A stretch of 64,000 nt of DNA. Origin: Burkholderiales bacterium. GTDB lineage: Bacteria > Pseudomonadota > Gammaproteobacteria > Burkholderiales > SG8-39. The stretch lies in contig JAOAEA010000007.1 in assembly GCA_026417035.1 (NCBI GenBank), positions 9,652 through 73,651 of the forward strand. The letters run 5' to 3'. Positions 9,060 to 18,016 of the stretch are shown here, in pieces. Under the pieces are notes generated by a model. The model was not told the origin of the DNA. It searched no databases and saw only the letters and a list, made by a program, of their open reading frames with translations. A program made the translations under genes and the position numbers. Each line of letters starts with the position of its first letter. Position 1 is the first letter of the stretch.

Positions 9060-9836
9060 TTATACGGGCCGCCCGACCTGGCGCACGAAGCGCACGATCG
9101 CCTCCAGGGTGGCCGCGGGCTGATCGCGATGCGGCGAATGCCCGCAGGCGGCGAGCTTGACGAGCTCGACCGGCCCGCCCGCCTGCGCGGCGATCGCCTC
9201 GATCTGCCGCATGGTGCCGTATTCGTCGTCCTCGCCCTGGATCGCGAGGATCGGCACGCGGATCTCGGGGAGGAAGGCTTCGATGTTCCAGGCGCGGAAG
9301 TCCGGATGGAGCCAGATGTCGTTCCAGCCGTAGAAGGTCCTCGCGGCGTCGACGTGGTAGCGCGCGAGCTTGCGCGGCAGGTCGGTCGTCTCGAACGCGA
9401 CCTTCGCCTTCGCGATGCTCTCGACCGAGATGTCCTCCACGAACACGTGCGGCGCGAGGAGCACGAGCGCACGGCAGGGATGGTGCGCGCCGGCGTAGAC
9501 GATCGCGATCGAAGCCCCGTCCGAGTGGCCGACGAGGAGCGGGTCGTCGATGCCGAGCTTCTCGACGAGCTCCGGCAGGGAGTCGAGCGCCTCGCGGTGC
9601 ATGTAGTCGACCCCGTGCGGCCGCTCGAGGAGGTCCGACCGCCCGTAGCCGTAGCGCGAGTAGACGACCGCGCCGCACCCGGTGGCCGCCGCGACCCGGT
9701 CGGGGAAGTCGCGCCACATCGACGCCGAGCCCAGGCCCTCGTGCAGGAAGACGAGCGTGGGTTGCATCGGCCGCGAGGACGCGATGCGCCGGTATTCGAG
9801 ACGCCGGCCCTGGACGGTGACGTAAGAGGGTTCCAT
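9060..9836 (-). CDS. Alpha/beta hydrolase (box-cluster-type lactonase/hydrolase)
   Basis: FLHEGLGS, GHSDGAS nucleophile elbow, QGEDDEYG, CGHSPH. Confidence 0.88.
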   Translation of the reverse strand: MEPSYVTVQGRRLEYRRIASSRPMQPTLVFLHEGLGSASMWRDFPDRVAAATGCGAVVYSRYGYGRSDLLERPHGVDYMHREALDSLPELVEKLGIDDPLLVGHSDGASIAIVYAGAHHPCRALVLLAPHVFVEDISVESIAKAKVAFETTDLPRKLARYHVDAARTFYGWNDIWLHPDFRAWNIEAFLPEIRVPILAIQGEDDEYGTMRQIEAIAAQAGGPVELVKLAACGHSPHRDQPAATLEAIVRFVRQVGRPV

Positions 9837-9870
9837 GTGCGCCTGAAGCACGCGGCGACGCCCGGGGCGG

Positions 9871-10986
9871 TCAGATCCGCAGCGGCCGCCAGTAGCCGCT
9901 GAGCTCGAGGTAGCCGCGGCCGACCTCGCGCCCCGCCGCGAGCGCACGCACGGCCCCTTCCCAATACACCGTCCCGACGCTCGCGCGCGAGTCGAGCTCC
10001 TGGTCGTCGATGAGCGGTTCGAGCACGAGGTCGAGGGTCCCGGCGCGCAGCGCGAACGCTACCGGATATTCGACGCCGGTGCGCGGCGACCGCCAGTGCC
10101 GGGCCGGACGGAAGGCGACGTCGCCCGGTGCCAGAGCGCGCACGCGGCCGCCGGCCTCGCGCAGCGTCCCGCCGGCCCAGAGGGTCTCGCCGGATCTTGC
10201 CCGGATGCGGAAGGCCATCAGCGCGCCGCCGTCGGCGAGGTTGACGCCGACCCAGTCCCAGCCGGCCGCGTCCGCCGAGAGCACCTCGCTCGACCACTCG
10301 TGGTCGAGCCACGCCTTGCCGGTGACGCGCACCGTCCGCCCGTCGGCCCCGAGGGTCCCCTCCACCGCCAGATGCGGCCGCGAGTAGTAGTAGCTCGCCT
10401 GCGCCGGGTCGGGGCCTTTGCGGCTGTAGCCGCGCTCGCCCTGCAGCAGGATCGGCTGGGTGGGCCGAAACGACAACGCGAGGGAGAAATCGCGGGCTGC
10501 GATCGACGTGCGGTAGACATCGCCCTCGAGGCGCAGCCACCAGTCGTCGATGCGCACGTCGGTCGTGCCTTGCGCGGCCTGCGCCAGCCCGAAGCCGGCG
10601 CGCCGCGCGCGCTGGTCGTGGCGCAGGCGGCCGTGACGCGGATCGGCGAGCGCCGCGTGGGCGAAGAGGAGCTCGCGCGGCGCGAATGCGCTCGCGCTCT
10701 CCTCCGCCACGCCCGGCCGATTGCGAAAGAAGGTGACCTGGATGCCGAAGTCGTTCCCCCGGTCGTCACGCACCCAGCCGGTGACGTACCACCACTCGGT
10801 GCGGTACTCGGGATGGCTGCCGTGGTCGCGCGGAAACACGAGCTCGCGCGGCCGCACCGCGGGATAGGCGACCTCGCGCGCCCTCGCGAGCGGCGCGAGC
10901 AGCGCGAGCGCCGCTGCGAGGAACGCCCGGCGGGGTTCAGAGGACAGAGGACAGAAGACAGGGGACAAAACGCTTCGCATCCCCAT
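9871..10986 (-). CDS. AttH/CrtC-like lipocalin-fold protein, probable Tat export
   Basis: FPRDHGSHPEYRTEWWYVTG, SYYYSRP, AWLDHEWSS, GWDW, YWEG, GYLELSGY; RRAFL twin-arginine motif; start uncertain (10980/10986/11190). Confidence 0.85.
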   Translation of the reverse strand: MGMRSVLSPVFCPLSSEPRRAFLAAALALLAPLARAREVAYPAVRPRELVFPRDHGSHPEYRTEWWYVTGWVRDDRGNDFGIQVTFFRNRPGVAEESASAFAPRELLFAHAALADPRHGRLRHDQRARRAGFGLAQAAQGTTDVRIDDWWLRLEGDVYRTSIAARDFSLALSFRPTQPILLQGERGYSRKGPDPAQASYYYSRPHLAVEGTLGADGRTVRVTGKAWLDHEWSSEVLSADAAGWDWVGVNLADGGALMAFRIRARSGETLWAGGTLREAGGRVRALAPGDVAFRPARHWRSPRTGVEYPVAFALRAGTLDLVLEPLIDDQELDSRASVGTVYWEGAVRALAAGREVGRGYLELSGYWRPLRI

Positions 10987-11237
10987 CCTGGCCTTCCTCA
11001 GCCCAGAGGACGGAGAACAGAAGACAGAGGACAGAACGCTTTCGATCCCCGCGGCGACTTTCGACGGGCCGAAGGACAGACGATGGGGGACCGAAGCCCC
11101 GGCAGTCGCATCCCGGGGGACGGCGCGCTTCCCACACCCATCCCGACCTTCCCGCTGCGAGGGGGAAGGAGCCCTTCGCCCAACGCTCAATCCTCAGTCC
11201 TCAATCCCGAATCCCGAATCCCGAATCCTGCATCCCG
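10938..11237. repeat. Facing 7-bp tandem arrays plus 47-bp direct repeat
   Basis: CAGAGGA/CAGAAGA units in two 47-bp copies (10938-10984, 11004-11050); opposite-sense array AACGCTC-AATCCTC-AGTCCTC-AATCCCG x3-AATCCTG-CATCCCG at 11182-11237. Confidence 0.85.
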
Positions 11238-11248
11238 CGGGCCGTAGC

Positions 11249-13762
11249 TCACCAGTCCTCCTTCACCGCCCGCACGACGTCGGCGCCCATCGCCTGCCGG
11301 CCGCTCGCGAGGGCGGTCAGCGTGGCGAGCGCGAGCAGCACCGCACCGAGGGCCGCGAGCCCGGCCCAAGGCACGTGCAGCTCCATGCCCCAGTGGAAGG
11401 ACTGACGGTTCACGACGTGGATGAGGACGAGGCTGATCAGCCAGCCGATGGCGAGCCCCACCGCGAGCCCGACCGCGCTCACGGCGAAACCCTCGACGGC
11501 GAGCATCGCGCCGATCTGGCGACGCGTCATCCCGAGGTGGCGCAGCACGCCGAACTCGCGCCGGCGCGCGAGCACGAGCGCGCTGAAGCTCGAGGAGAGC
11601 CCGACGAGCCCGATCAGCACGGCGGCGGCCTCGAGCGCGTAGGTGACGGCGAAGGTGCGGTCGAAGACGGAGAGCGAGATGTCCCGGATCTCGCCCGGCG
11701 TCGCGATCTCGAGGTTGCCACCGCCGGGCACGGCCGCGGCGACCGCCCGGCTCACGGCGTCGGGGCTCGCGCCGGGATCGAGCCAGAGCGCCACCGCGTT
11801 CGCGTTGGCGTCCCCGGTGAGCGCGACGAAGACCTCGCGCTGGATCATCACCGCGCCCTGCTGGCGCGCGTAGTCGCGCCACACGCCCGCGACGACGAAC
11901 GGCGCCATCCGCCCGGCGATCGGCAGCTCGATGCGCTCGCCGATCCGGTAGCCGTAGAGGTCCACCATCGGCTCGGTGACCCAGGCGGGCGGCGGATCGC
12001 CCGGTTTCGGCACCACGAACGCGCCCACGAGGGGCAGCTGCCGCGCCGGATCGGCGGGATCGACCGGTTTCGCGAGCAACGCGACGCCCGCGCGGTCGGC
12101 GGCGAGGAGGATGCGCTGCGCCCGCAGCGGCTCGCTGCGCCGCACGCCGGGAATCGCGGCGAGCCGTTCCAGGTCCGCCGGCGAGAGGAACGCGGTGTCG
12201 GTCGTCATGCTCGCCCGCACGTAGAGGTCGGCTGGCAGGACGCGGTCGAGCCAGTCGTCCACCGACTGCCGGAACGAAGCGACCATGATCGCCATCGACA
12301 CCATCAGCGACACGGCGGCCACGATCGCCGCGAGGCTCACGCTCGCCTGCCCCGGCGCGCCGCGCAGCTGGTCGAGCGCGAGCGCGCCCGGCACCGCCCG
12401 CGGCCGCGGCGCGGCGGAGAGCGCCGCATGCGCGACACGCGGCATCAGCACGATGGTGCCGACGAGCAGGCACGCGATCGCCGCATAGCCGAACAGGGGC
12501 AGCCCGCGCACCGGCGGCAGGAAGCTCGCGGCGAGGCCCGCGGCCCACAGCGCGAGTCCCGGCCACGGCGTCGCCAGCCGCGCCAGCGCGCGCTGCTCGT
12601 CGCCTGCCTTCAGCGCCGGCCCGGGCTGTGCGCGCGCGGCCTCGAGCGCAGGCGCGAGGCTGCCGAGCACGGCCGCAGCGACGCCGAGCAGGAAGAACGC
12701 AGCGGCCGACCCAGGCTCGACGCCGAGCCGCGGCGTGACGCCCCGGAAATAGCCGGCGCCGAGATCGCTGCCGAAAATACTCACCGCGGCGGCCGCGAGC
12801 GCGTAGCCGGCGACGAGGCCGAGCGCCGCACCGGCCGCGCCGATCGCGGCGCCCTCGCCGACGAGCGTCACCGCGAGCGCGCGCCGCTTCACGCCGAGCA
12901 CCCGAAGGAGCGCGAGCTGAGTGCGCCGCCGCACCACGGCGAGCGCCTGCGTCGAGAAGACCAGCAGTCCACCCGTGAACAGCGCCACGAGCGCCAGGAC
13001 GTTGAGGTTGACGCGGTAGGCGCGCGACAGGCTCGTCGCCGCACGCAGCGAAGCCTCCGGCCTGGCAACGACCAGGCCCGGCGGGAGCTCCGCCTGCAGC
13101 GCGGCGCGGAACGCCGCGACGTCCGTTCCCGGCCGCAGCCGCAGGTCGATGCGCGTGATCCGGCCGACGCGGCCGAAGCGGTCCTGGACCGCGGCGATGT
13201 CCATCACGCCGAGCCGGCCCGGCGTCCGCGCCGAAAGGAGCCCCGCCACGCGCAGCTCGACCGGCTCGAGGCCTGCGAGCACGCCGACGCGATCGCCCCG
13301 CTTCACGCCGAGCGCGTCGGCGGCGGCGACCGAGAGGAAGATCGCGTCCGGGCGCAGCACGTCGAGGCCGTCCTCGCCCTCGCCGACGAGCCCGGGCTGG
13401 ATCGGCCCCGCGCGGAAGACGTCGATGCCGAGCAGCGCCAGCTCGCCACGGTCGCCGGCGAGCTTCGCGTCCACTTCGACGACGGGGCTCGCGAGCGCGA
13501 CCTCCGGGCGTGCCGCCACCGCGGGGAAGAGGCTCTCGTCGAAGCCCGCGCGCGGCCCGCGCACCTCGAGGTCGGCGTCCCCGGCCACGGTCGCGAGGCC
13601 CGCGGAGAGTTCGTTCACCGCCGCCTGGTTGATGAGCTGGACCGCGTAGCCGAGCGCGACCCCGAGCGCGATCGCCGCGACCGACAGGACGAGCCGTCCC
13701 CCGTTCGCGCGCAACGCGCCGCCGGTGACCGCGCCCCAGGGCGTGATGCGCGCCGCGCTCAC
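11249..13762 (-). CDS. FtsX/MacB-type ABC transporter permease (AttF/AttG-like)
   Basis: Two MacB-periplasmic + FtsX repeats; RRRTQLALLRVLG, RRREFGVLRHLG, FDRTFAVT, VNRQSFHW. Confidence 0.9.
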   Translation of the reverse strand: MSAARITPWGAVTGGALRANGGRLVLSVAAIALGVALGYAVQLINQAAVNELSAGLATVAGDADLEVRGPRAGFDESLFPAVAARPEVALASPVVEVDAKLAGDRGELALLGIDVFRAGPIQPGLVGEGEDGLDVLRPDAIFLSVAAADALGVKRGDRVGVLAGLEPVELRVAGLLSARTPGRLGVMDIAAVQDRFGRVGRITRIDLRLRPGTDVAAFRAALQAELPPGLVVARPEASLRAATSLSRAYRVNLNVLALVALFTGGLLVFSTQALAVVRRRTQLALLRVLGVKRRALAVTLVGEGAAIGAAGAALGLVAGYALAAAAVSIFGSDLGAGYFRGVTPRLGVEPGSAAAFFLLGVAAAVLGSLAPALEAARAQPGPALKAGDEQRALARLATPWPGLALWAAGLAASFLPPVRGLPLFGYAAIACLLVGTIVLMPRVAHAALSAAPRPRAVPGALALDQLRGAPGQASVSLAAIVAAVSLMVSMAIMVASFRQSVDDWLDRVLPADLYVRASMTTDTAFLSPADLERLAAIPGVRRSEPLRAQRILLAADRAGVALLAKPVDPADPARQLPLVGAFVVPKPGDPPPAWVTEPMVDLYGYRIGERIELPIAGRMAPFVVAGVWRDYARQQGAVMIQREVFVALTGDANANAVALWLDPGASPDAVSRAVAAAVPGGGNLEIATPGEIRDISLSVFDRTFAVTYALEAAAVLIGLVGLSSSFSALVLARRREFGVLRHLGMTRRQIGAMLAVEGFAVSAVGLAVGLAIGWLISLVLIHVVNRQSFHWGMELHVPWAGLAALGAVLLALATLTALASGRQAMGADVVRAVKEDW

Positions 13763-14433
13763 CGGCGCGTCTCCTCGCGCAGCCCCGAGCGCGTCAGCGT
13801 GAGGATGCGGTCGGCGGTGGCCGCGGCGGCGTGCGAATGCGTGACCAGGATGCCGGTCGCCCCGTGCGCGCGGATCGTCGCCGCGAGCAGCGCCAGGATC
13901 TGCGCGGCGCTCTCAGGGTCGAGGTTGCCGGTCGGCTCGTCCGCGAGGACCACCGCGGGCCGGTGCACCAGCGCGCGCGCGATCGCCACGCGCTGCAGCT
14001 CGCCTCCGGAGAGCTCGCGCGGCATGCTCGCGGCGCGGTCGGCGAGGCCCACCGCGTCGAGCATCGCCCCGACGCGCGTCTGCGCCTCGCCCGCCGCGAC
14101 CCCGAGGAGCGCGAGCGGCAGCGCCACGTTCTGCGCCACCGAAAGATAGGGCAGGACGTGGAAGGCCTGAAAGACGAAGCCCATGCGCGCGCGCCGCAGC
14201 GCCGTGAGGGCGTCGTCGTCGAGCGCGGTGACCTCGACGCCGTCGACGACGATGGCGCCCGCGTCGGGCCGGTCCAGGCCGGCGACCAGGTTGAGCAGCG
14301 TGGACTTGCCCACGCCCGACTCGCCCATGATCGCGACGTACTCGCCGCGCGCGAGCTCGAGGGAGATCGCGGTGAGGACGCTGCGCTCGCGCGGGCCGGC
14401 GTAGGCCTTGGAGACGTCGCGGATGGCAATCAC
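13759..14433 (-). CDS. ABC transporter ATP-binding protein (LolD/AttE-like)
   Basis: GESGVGKS, LSGGELQR, LADEPTGNLD; 4-bp overlap with permease. Confidence 0.92.
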   Translation of the reverse strand: MIAIRDVSKAYAGPRERSVLTAISLELARGEYVAIMGESGVGKSTLLNLVAGLDRPDAGAIVVDGVEVTALDDDALTALRRARMGFVFQAFHVLPYLSVAQNVALPLALLGVAAGEAQTRVGAMLDAVGLADRAASMPRELSGGELQRVAIARALVHRPAVVLADEPTGNLDPESAAQILALLAATIRAHGATGILVTHSHAAAATADRILTLTRSGLREETRR

Positions 14434-14597
14434 GGCTGCAAAGGTAACAGGCTGGCGAGAAACGCTTCCCGGCACGCTCCGCTAGGGGGCACCGGCGGGC
14501 CCAGGGGCGCTTTCCGGCGGTCCCCGATTCGCGGCTCGACGTGTCCCCAGGCTTCGACACGCCGGCGCCGATGCGGTGCCGCGCGCGACCGCGCGCC

Positions 14598-15308
14598 TCA
14601 GACGCCGAGGTAGCGCTCGCGGATCGAAGGGTCGCCGCGCAGGCGCTCGGACGGCCCCTCGAAGACCACGCTCCCTTTGACGAGGATCATCGCCCGGTCG
14701 GCGATGGCGGTCACGGCCCGGAAGTTCTTGTCGACGATGATGGTGGCGATGCCGGAGGCCTTGATCTCGCGCACGATGCGCCAGATCTCGCGCGAGACGA
14801 GCGGTGCCAGCCCCTCGGTCGCCTCGTCCAGGATCAGCACGTCCGGGTTCGTGAGCAGCGCCCGCCCTATGGTGAGCATCTGCTGCTCGCCGCCGGAGAG
14901 CTGGCCGCCGCCGTGGCCGATGCGCTCGCGCAGCCGCGGGAACGCCGCGAGGACGCGCTCGAGCGTCCAGTCGCGCTGCCCTCGGGCGCCGGCGCGCGCC
15001 GCCATCACCAGGTTCTCGTGCACCGAGAGGTTGGGGAAGATGCCACGCCCTTCGGGCACGTACGCGACGCCGGCCAGCGCGATCCGGTGCGGCGCGCTGC
15101 GCGTCATGTCCGCGCCCTTCACCCGCACCGTGCCCGACCGGGGCCGCACCAGCCCGAGGATGCTCTTGAGGAGCGTCGACTTGCCCATGCCGTTGCGGCC
15201 CATGAGGCCCAGGGTCTCGCCCGGCGCGAGCGCCAGGTCGACGCCGTGCAGGATGTGGCTCGCCCCGTAGTAGGTATGGATGCCGCGCGCTTCGATGAGG
15301 CTAGTCAT
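14598..15308 (-). CDS. ABC ATP-binding subunit, LivF-like (aromatic acid importer)
   Basis: GRNGMGKS, YVPEGRGIF, LSGGEQQM, LDEATEGLAP. Confidence 0.92.
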   Translation of the reverse strand: MTSLIEARGIHTYYGASHILHGVDLALAPGETLGLMGRNGMGKSTLLKSILGLVRPRSGTVRVKGADMTRSAPHRIALAGVAYVPEGRGIFPNLSVHENLVMAARAGARGQRDWTLERVLAAFPRLRERIGHGGGQLSGGEQQMLTIGRALLTNPDVLILDEATEGLAPLVSREIWRIVREIKASGIATIIVDKNFRAVTAIADRAMILVKGSVVFEGPSERLRGDPSIRERYLGV

Positions 15309-16059
15309 GCGCCTCGTCCCCGCCGAGGTAGGCGTCCTGCACCGCCTGGCTCGAGCGGATCCGCTCGGGCGTGCCGGACTCGAGGACGACGCCGTTCACC
15401 ATCACGGTGAGCGTGTCGGCGAGGGCGAAGACGGCGTCCATGTCGTGCTCGACGAGCAGCATCGCGTGGTCCGCGGCTAGCCGCTGCAGCAGGGCGACGA
15501 TCCGCGCGGACTCTTCGGCGCCCATGCCGGCGAGCGGCTCGTCGAGGAGCAGCAGCGTGGGGTCGGTCGCGAGCGTCATGGCGATCTCGACCTGGCGCTG
15601 CTCGCCGTGCGAGAGGCTCGCGACGGTGGCGCCCTCGCGCCCCTCGAGCCCGGCGGCGGCGATCGCGCGCTCGGCCGCCTCGTTCACCGCCCGGAGCGCC
15701 GTCGCCGGACGGAAGAACCGGAGCGAGCTCGCGAGGCGCGACTGCGCGGCGATCCGCGCGTTCTCGAACACCGTGAACGGCAGGAAGACGTTCGTCTTCT
15801 GGTAGCTGCGGCCCACCCCGAGCCGCGAGATCCGGTCCGCCGTGAGGCCGGTGACGTCGCGCCCGCGCAGGCGCACCGTGCCGCTCGTCGGCGGCAGGTC
15901 GCCCGAGAGCATGTTGATGAGCGTCGACTTGCCGGCGCCGTTCGGCCCGATCACCGCGTGCACCTCGCCCATGCGGCACTCGAGCGAGACGCCGCTCACC
16001 GCCGCGAGCCCGCCGAAGTTGCGCGATAGCCGTTCCACCGCGAGCACGACCTCCGCCAT
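15301..16059 (-). CDS. ABC ATP-binding subunit, LivG-like
   Basis: GPNGAGKS, LSHGEQRQ, LDEPLAG, VEHDMD, AYLG. Confidence 0.92.
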   Translation of the reverse strand: MAEVVLAVERLSRNFGGLAAVSGVSLECRMGEVHAVIGPNGAGKSTLINMLSGDLPPTSGTVRLRGRDVTGLTADRISRLGVGRSYQKTNVFLPFTVFENARIAAQSRLASSLRFFRPATALRAVNEAAERAIAAAGLEGREGATVASLSHGEQRQVEIAMTLATDPTLLLLDEPLAGMGAEESARIVALLQRLAADHAMLLVEHDMDAVFALADTLTVMVNGVVLESGTPERIRSSQAVQDAYLGGDEAHD

Positions 16060-17015
16060 CAGCCGCTCCGTCCGCGCTGGAGCGGCCACGCGAGGCCCGC
16101 GATCCCGTTCGGCAGGAAGAGCGCGACCAGGACGATGGTCGTGCCCATGAGGAGCTGCCAGTGCTCGCTCAACCCCTGGAACACGAGCTCCAGCAGGAGG
16201 AACGCCGCAGCGCCGATCACCGCGCCCGCGAGCGTGCCCATCCCGCCGAGGATCACCATCATCAGCACCGAGCCGGAGAGGTGCCAGCCGAGCATCTCCG
16301 GGTTGACCGCGCCGTACTGCACGGCGCCGAAGTAGCCGGCGAGGCCCGCGACCGCGCCCGCGATCGTGAAGGCGACGAGCTTGTAGCGGAACGTCGGGAA
16401 GCCGAGCGACTTCATCCGGTGCTCGTTCACGCGGATGCCCTGCACGACGCGGCCGAACGGCGAGGCGAGCACCACGCGCAACACGAGGTACGCGGCGACG
16501 AAGACCGCCAGCACCACGAAGTAGAGGTGGACGAAGTTCGCGAGGTCGAACGGGGTCCAGCCGAAGAGCGCCGTGTCGGGGCGCACGTCGATGAAGATGC
16601 CGTCCGAGCCGCCCGCGATCTTGGTGTCGTGGAACACGTAGTACACCATCTGCGCGAACGCGAGCGTCACCATGATGAAGTAGACGCCCTGGGTGCGCAC
16701 CGCGAAGAAGCCAATCGCGGCGGCGAGCAGGGCGGCGCCGCCCACGGCGAGCGGCAGGCTGGTCCAGAAGTTCGCCGCCTGGTACTGCGGCGCGGCGAGC
16801 GCGACGAGGTAGGCGCCGAAGCCGAAGAACGCCGCGTGCCCGAGGCTGACGAGCCCCGCGTAGCCCACCAAGAGGTCGAGGCTCATGGCGAAGACCGCCA
16901 TGATCAGGATCTTGGTGGCGAGCTGCACGTAGTACTTGCCGGCGACGGCCGGGAGCGCGACGAGCGCGAGCAACACCACGATCAGGAGCACCGTCGCGGC
17001 GCGGTCGGAGCGCAT
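16059..17015 (-). CDS. ABC permease, LivM-like
   Basis: SLDLLVGYAGLVSLGHAAFFG, YFIMVTLAFAQ, GGSDGI, MVILGG; single-base stop/start overlaps on both sides. Confidence 0.92.
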   Translation of the reverse strand: MRSDRAATVLLIVVLLALVALPAVAGKYYVQLATKILIMAVFAMSLDLLVGYAGLVSLGHAAFFGFGAYLVALAAPQYQAANFWTSLPLAVGGAALLAAAIGFFAVRTQGVYFIMVTLAFAQMVYYVFHDTKIAGGSDGIFIDVRPDTALFGWTPFDLANFVHLYFVVLAVFVAAYLVLRVVLASPFGRVVQGIRVNEHRMKSLGFPTFRYKLVAFTIAGAVAGLAGYFGAVQYGAVNPEMLGWHLSGSVLMMVILGGMGTLAGAVIGAAAFLLLELVFQGLSEHWQLLMGTTIVLVALFLPNGIAGLAWPLQRGRSG

Positions 17016-17911
17016 CAGAGCCGCTTCCCGAAGATGCCCTCGGGCCGCCACAGCAGCACGCCCGCCATGAGGAGGTACATCGCCATGCCGGCGAGGTCGG
17101 GCAGCACGCGCAAGCCGCCGAGCTCGAGCGTGGTCACCTTGCCGAAGGTGTCCACGAGGCCGATCAGGATCGCCGCGACGAGCGCCCCTTTCACCGAGCC
17201 GATGCCGCCGATGACGACGACGACGAACGACACGATCAGCACCTGGCCGCCCATGCCCGGGAACACCGAGGACACCGGCGCCGAGATCATGCCCGCGAAC
17301 GCCGCGAGCGCGACGCCGAAGGCGAACACGAACCGGTAGAGCATGCGGATGTTGATGCCGAGCGACTGCACCATCTCGCGGTTCGAGGCGCCGGCGCGGA
17401 TCATCATGCCCAGGCGCGTGCGCTGGATGAGGAGGTACATCGCCACGGCGAGCGCCAGCACGACCGCGGAGATCCACAGCCGGTACACGGGGTAGGCGAG
17501 CGTCTCGGTGAGCGGGATCGACCCGGTGAACGGCGCCGGCACCGGGATGCCGTGCACGTCGTTGCCCCAGATCATGCCGCGCAGCTCCTCGAAGGCGAGG
17601 ATCAGGCCGTAGGTGAGCAGCACCTGGTACAGGTGGTCGCGCGCGTAGAGCCGCGCGATGAGCAGCCACTCGATCAGCATCCCCAGCGCGACCGTGAGCA
17701 GCACCCCGACCGGGAGCGCGAACCAGAAGCTGCCGATCTTCCCCGCGAGCGACCAGGCGAGGTAGGCGCCGATCATGTAGAAGCTGCCGTGGGCGAGGTT
17801 GATGACGCCCATGATCCCGAACACGAGCGTGAGCCCGCTCGCGATCAGGAAGAGGAGCAGCCCGTACTGGACGGCGTTGAGCAGCTGGACGAGGAAACTG
17901 CCGAGGTCCAT
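17015..17911 (-). CDS. ABC permease, LivH-like
   Basis: GLTLVFGIMGVINLAHGSFYMIG, FVVVVIGGIGS, RPEGIFG. Confidence 0.92.
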   Translation of the reverse strand: MDLGSFLVQLLNAVQYGLLLFLIASGLTLVFGIMGVINLAHGSFYMIGAYLAWSLAGKIGSFWFALPVGVLLTVALGMLIEWLLIARLYARDHLYQVLLTYGLILAFEELRGMIWGNDVHGIPVPAPFTGSIPLTETLAYPVYRLWISAVVLALAVAMYLLIQRTRLGMMIRAGASNREMVQSLGINIRMLYRFVFAFGVALAAFAGMISAPVSSVFPGMGGQVLIVSFVVVVIGGIGSVKGALVAAILIGLVDTFGKVTTLELGGLRVLPDLAGMAMYLLMAGVLLWRPEGIFGKRL

Positions 17912-18016
17912 GCGGTGGTCGCCTGCGCTGTCGTTCGCCTCCCGCGCGCGGCGCGGCCCCCATCAGCAAAACGCCGGTGCCCTCGCGGACACCGGCGCTC
18001 GCTGCGGGACGCCGCG

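Noticed and set aside
7466-10540. 1024-aa ORF suggesting a giant MFS fusion
   Set aside because: Only 7466-8677 resembles MFS; the upstream part is a stop-free alternative frame over three real genes
10938-11114. Possible mini-CRISPR array (66-bp period)
   Set aside because: Only two good copies, repeats are low-complexity 7-mers and diverged, the spacer is 19 nt, and no cas genes are in the window
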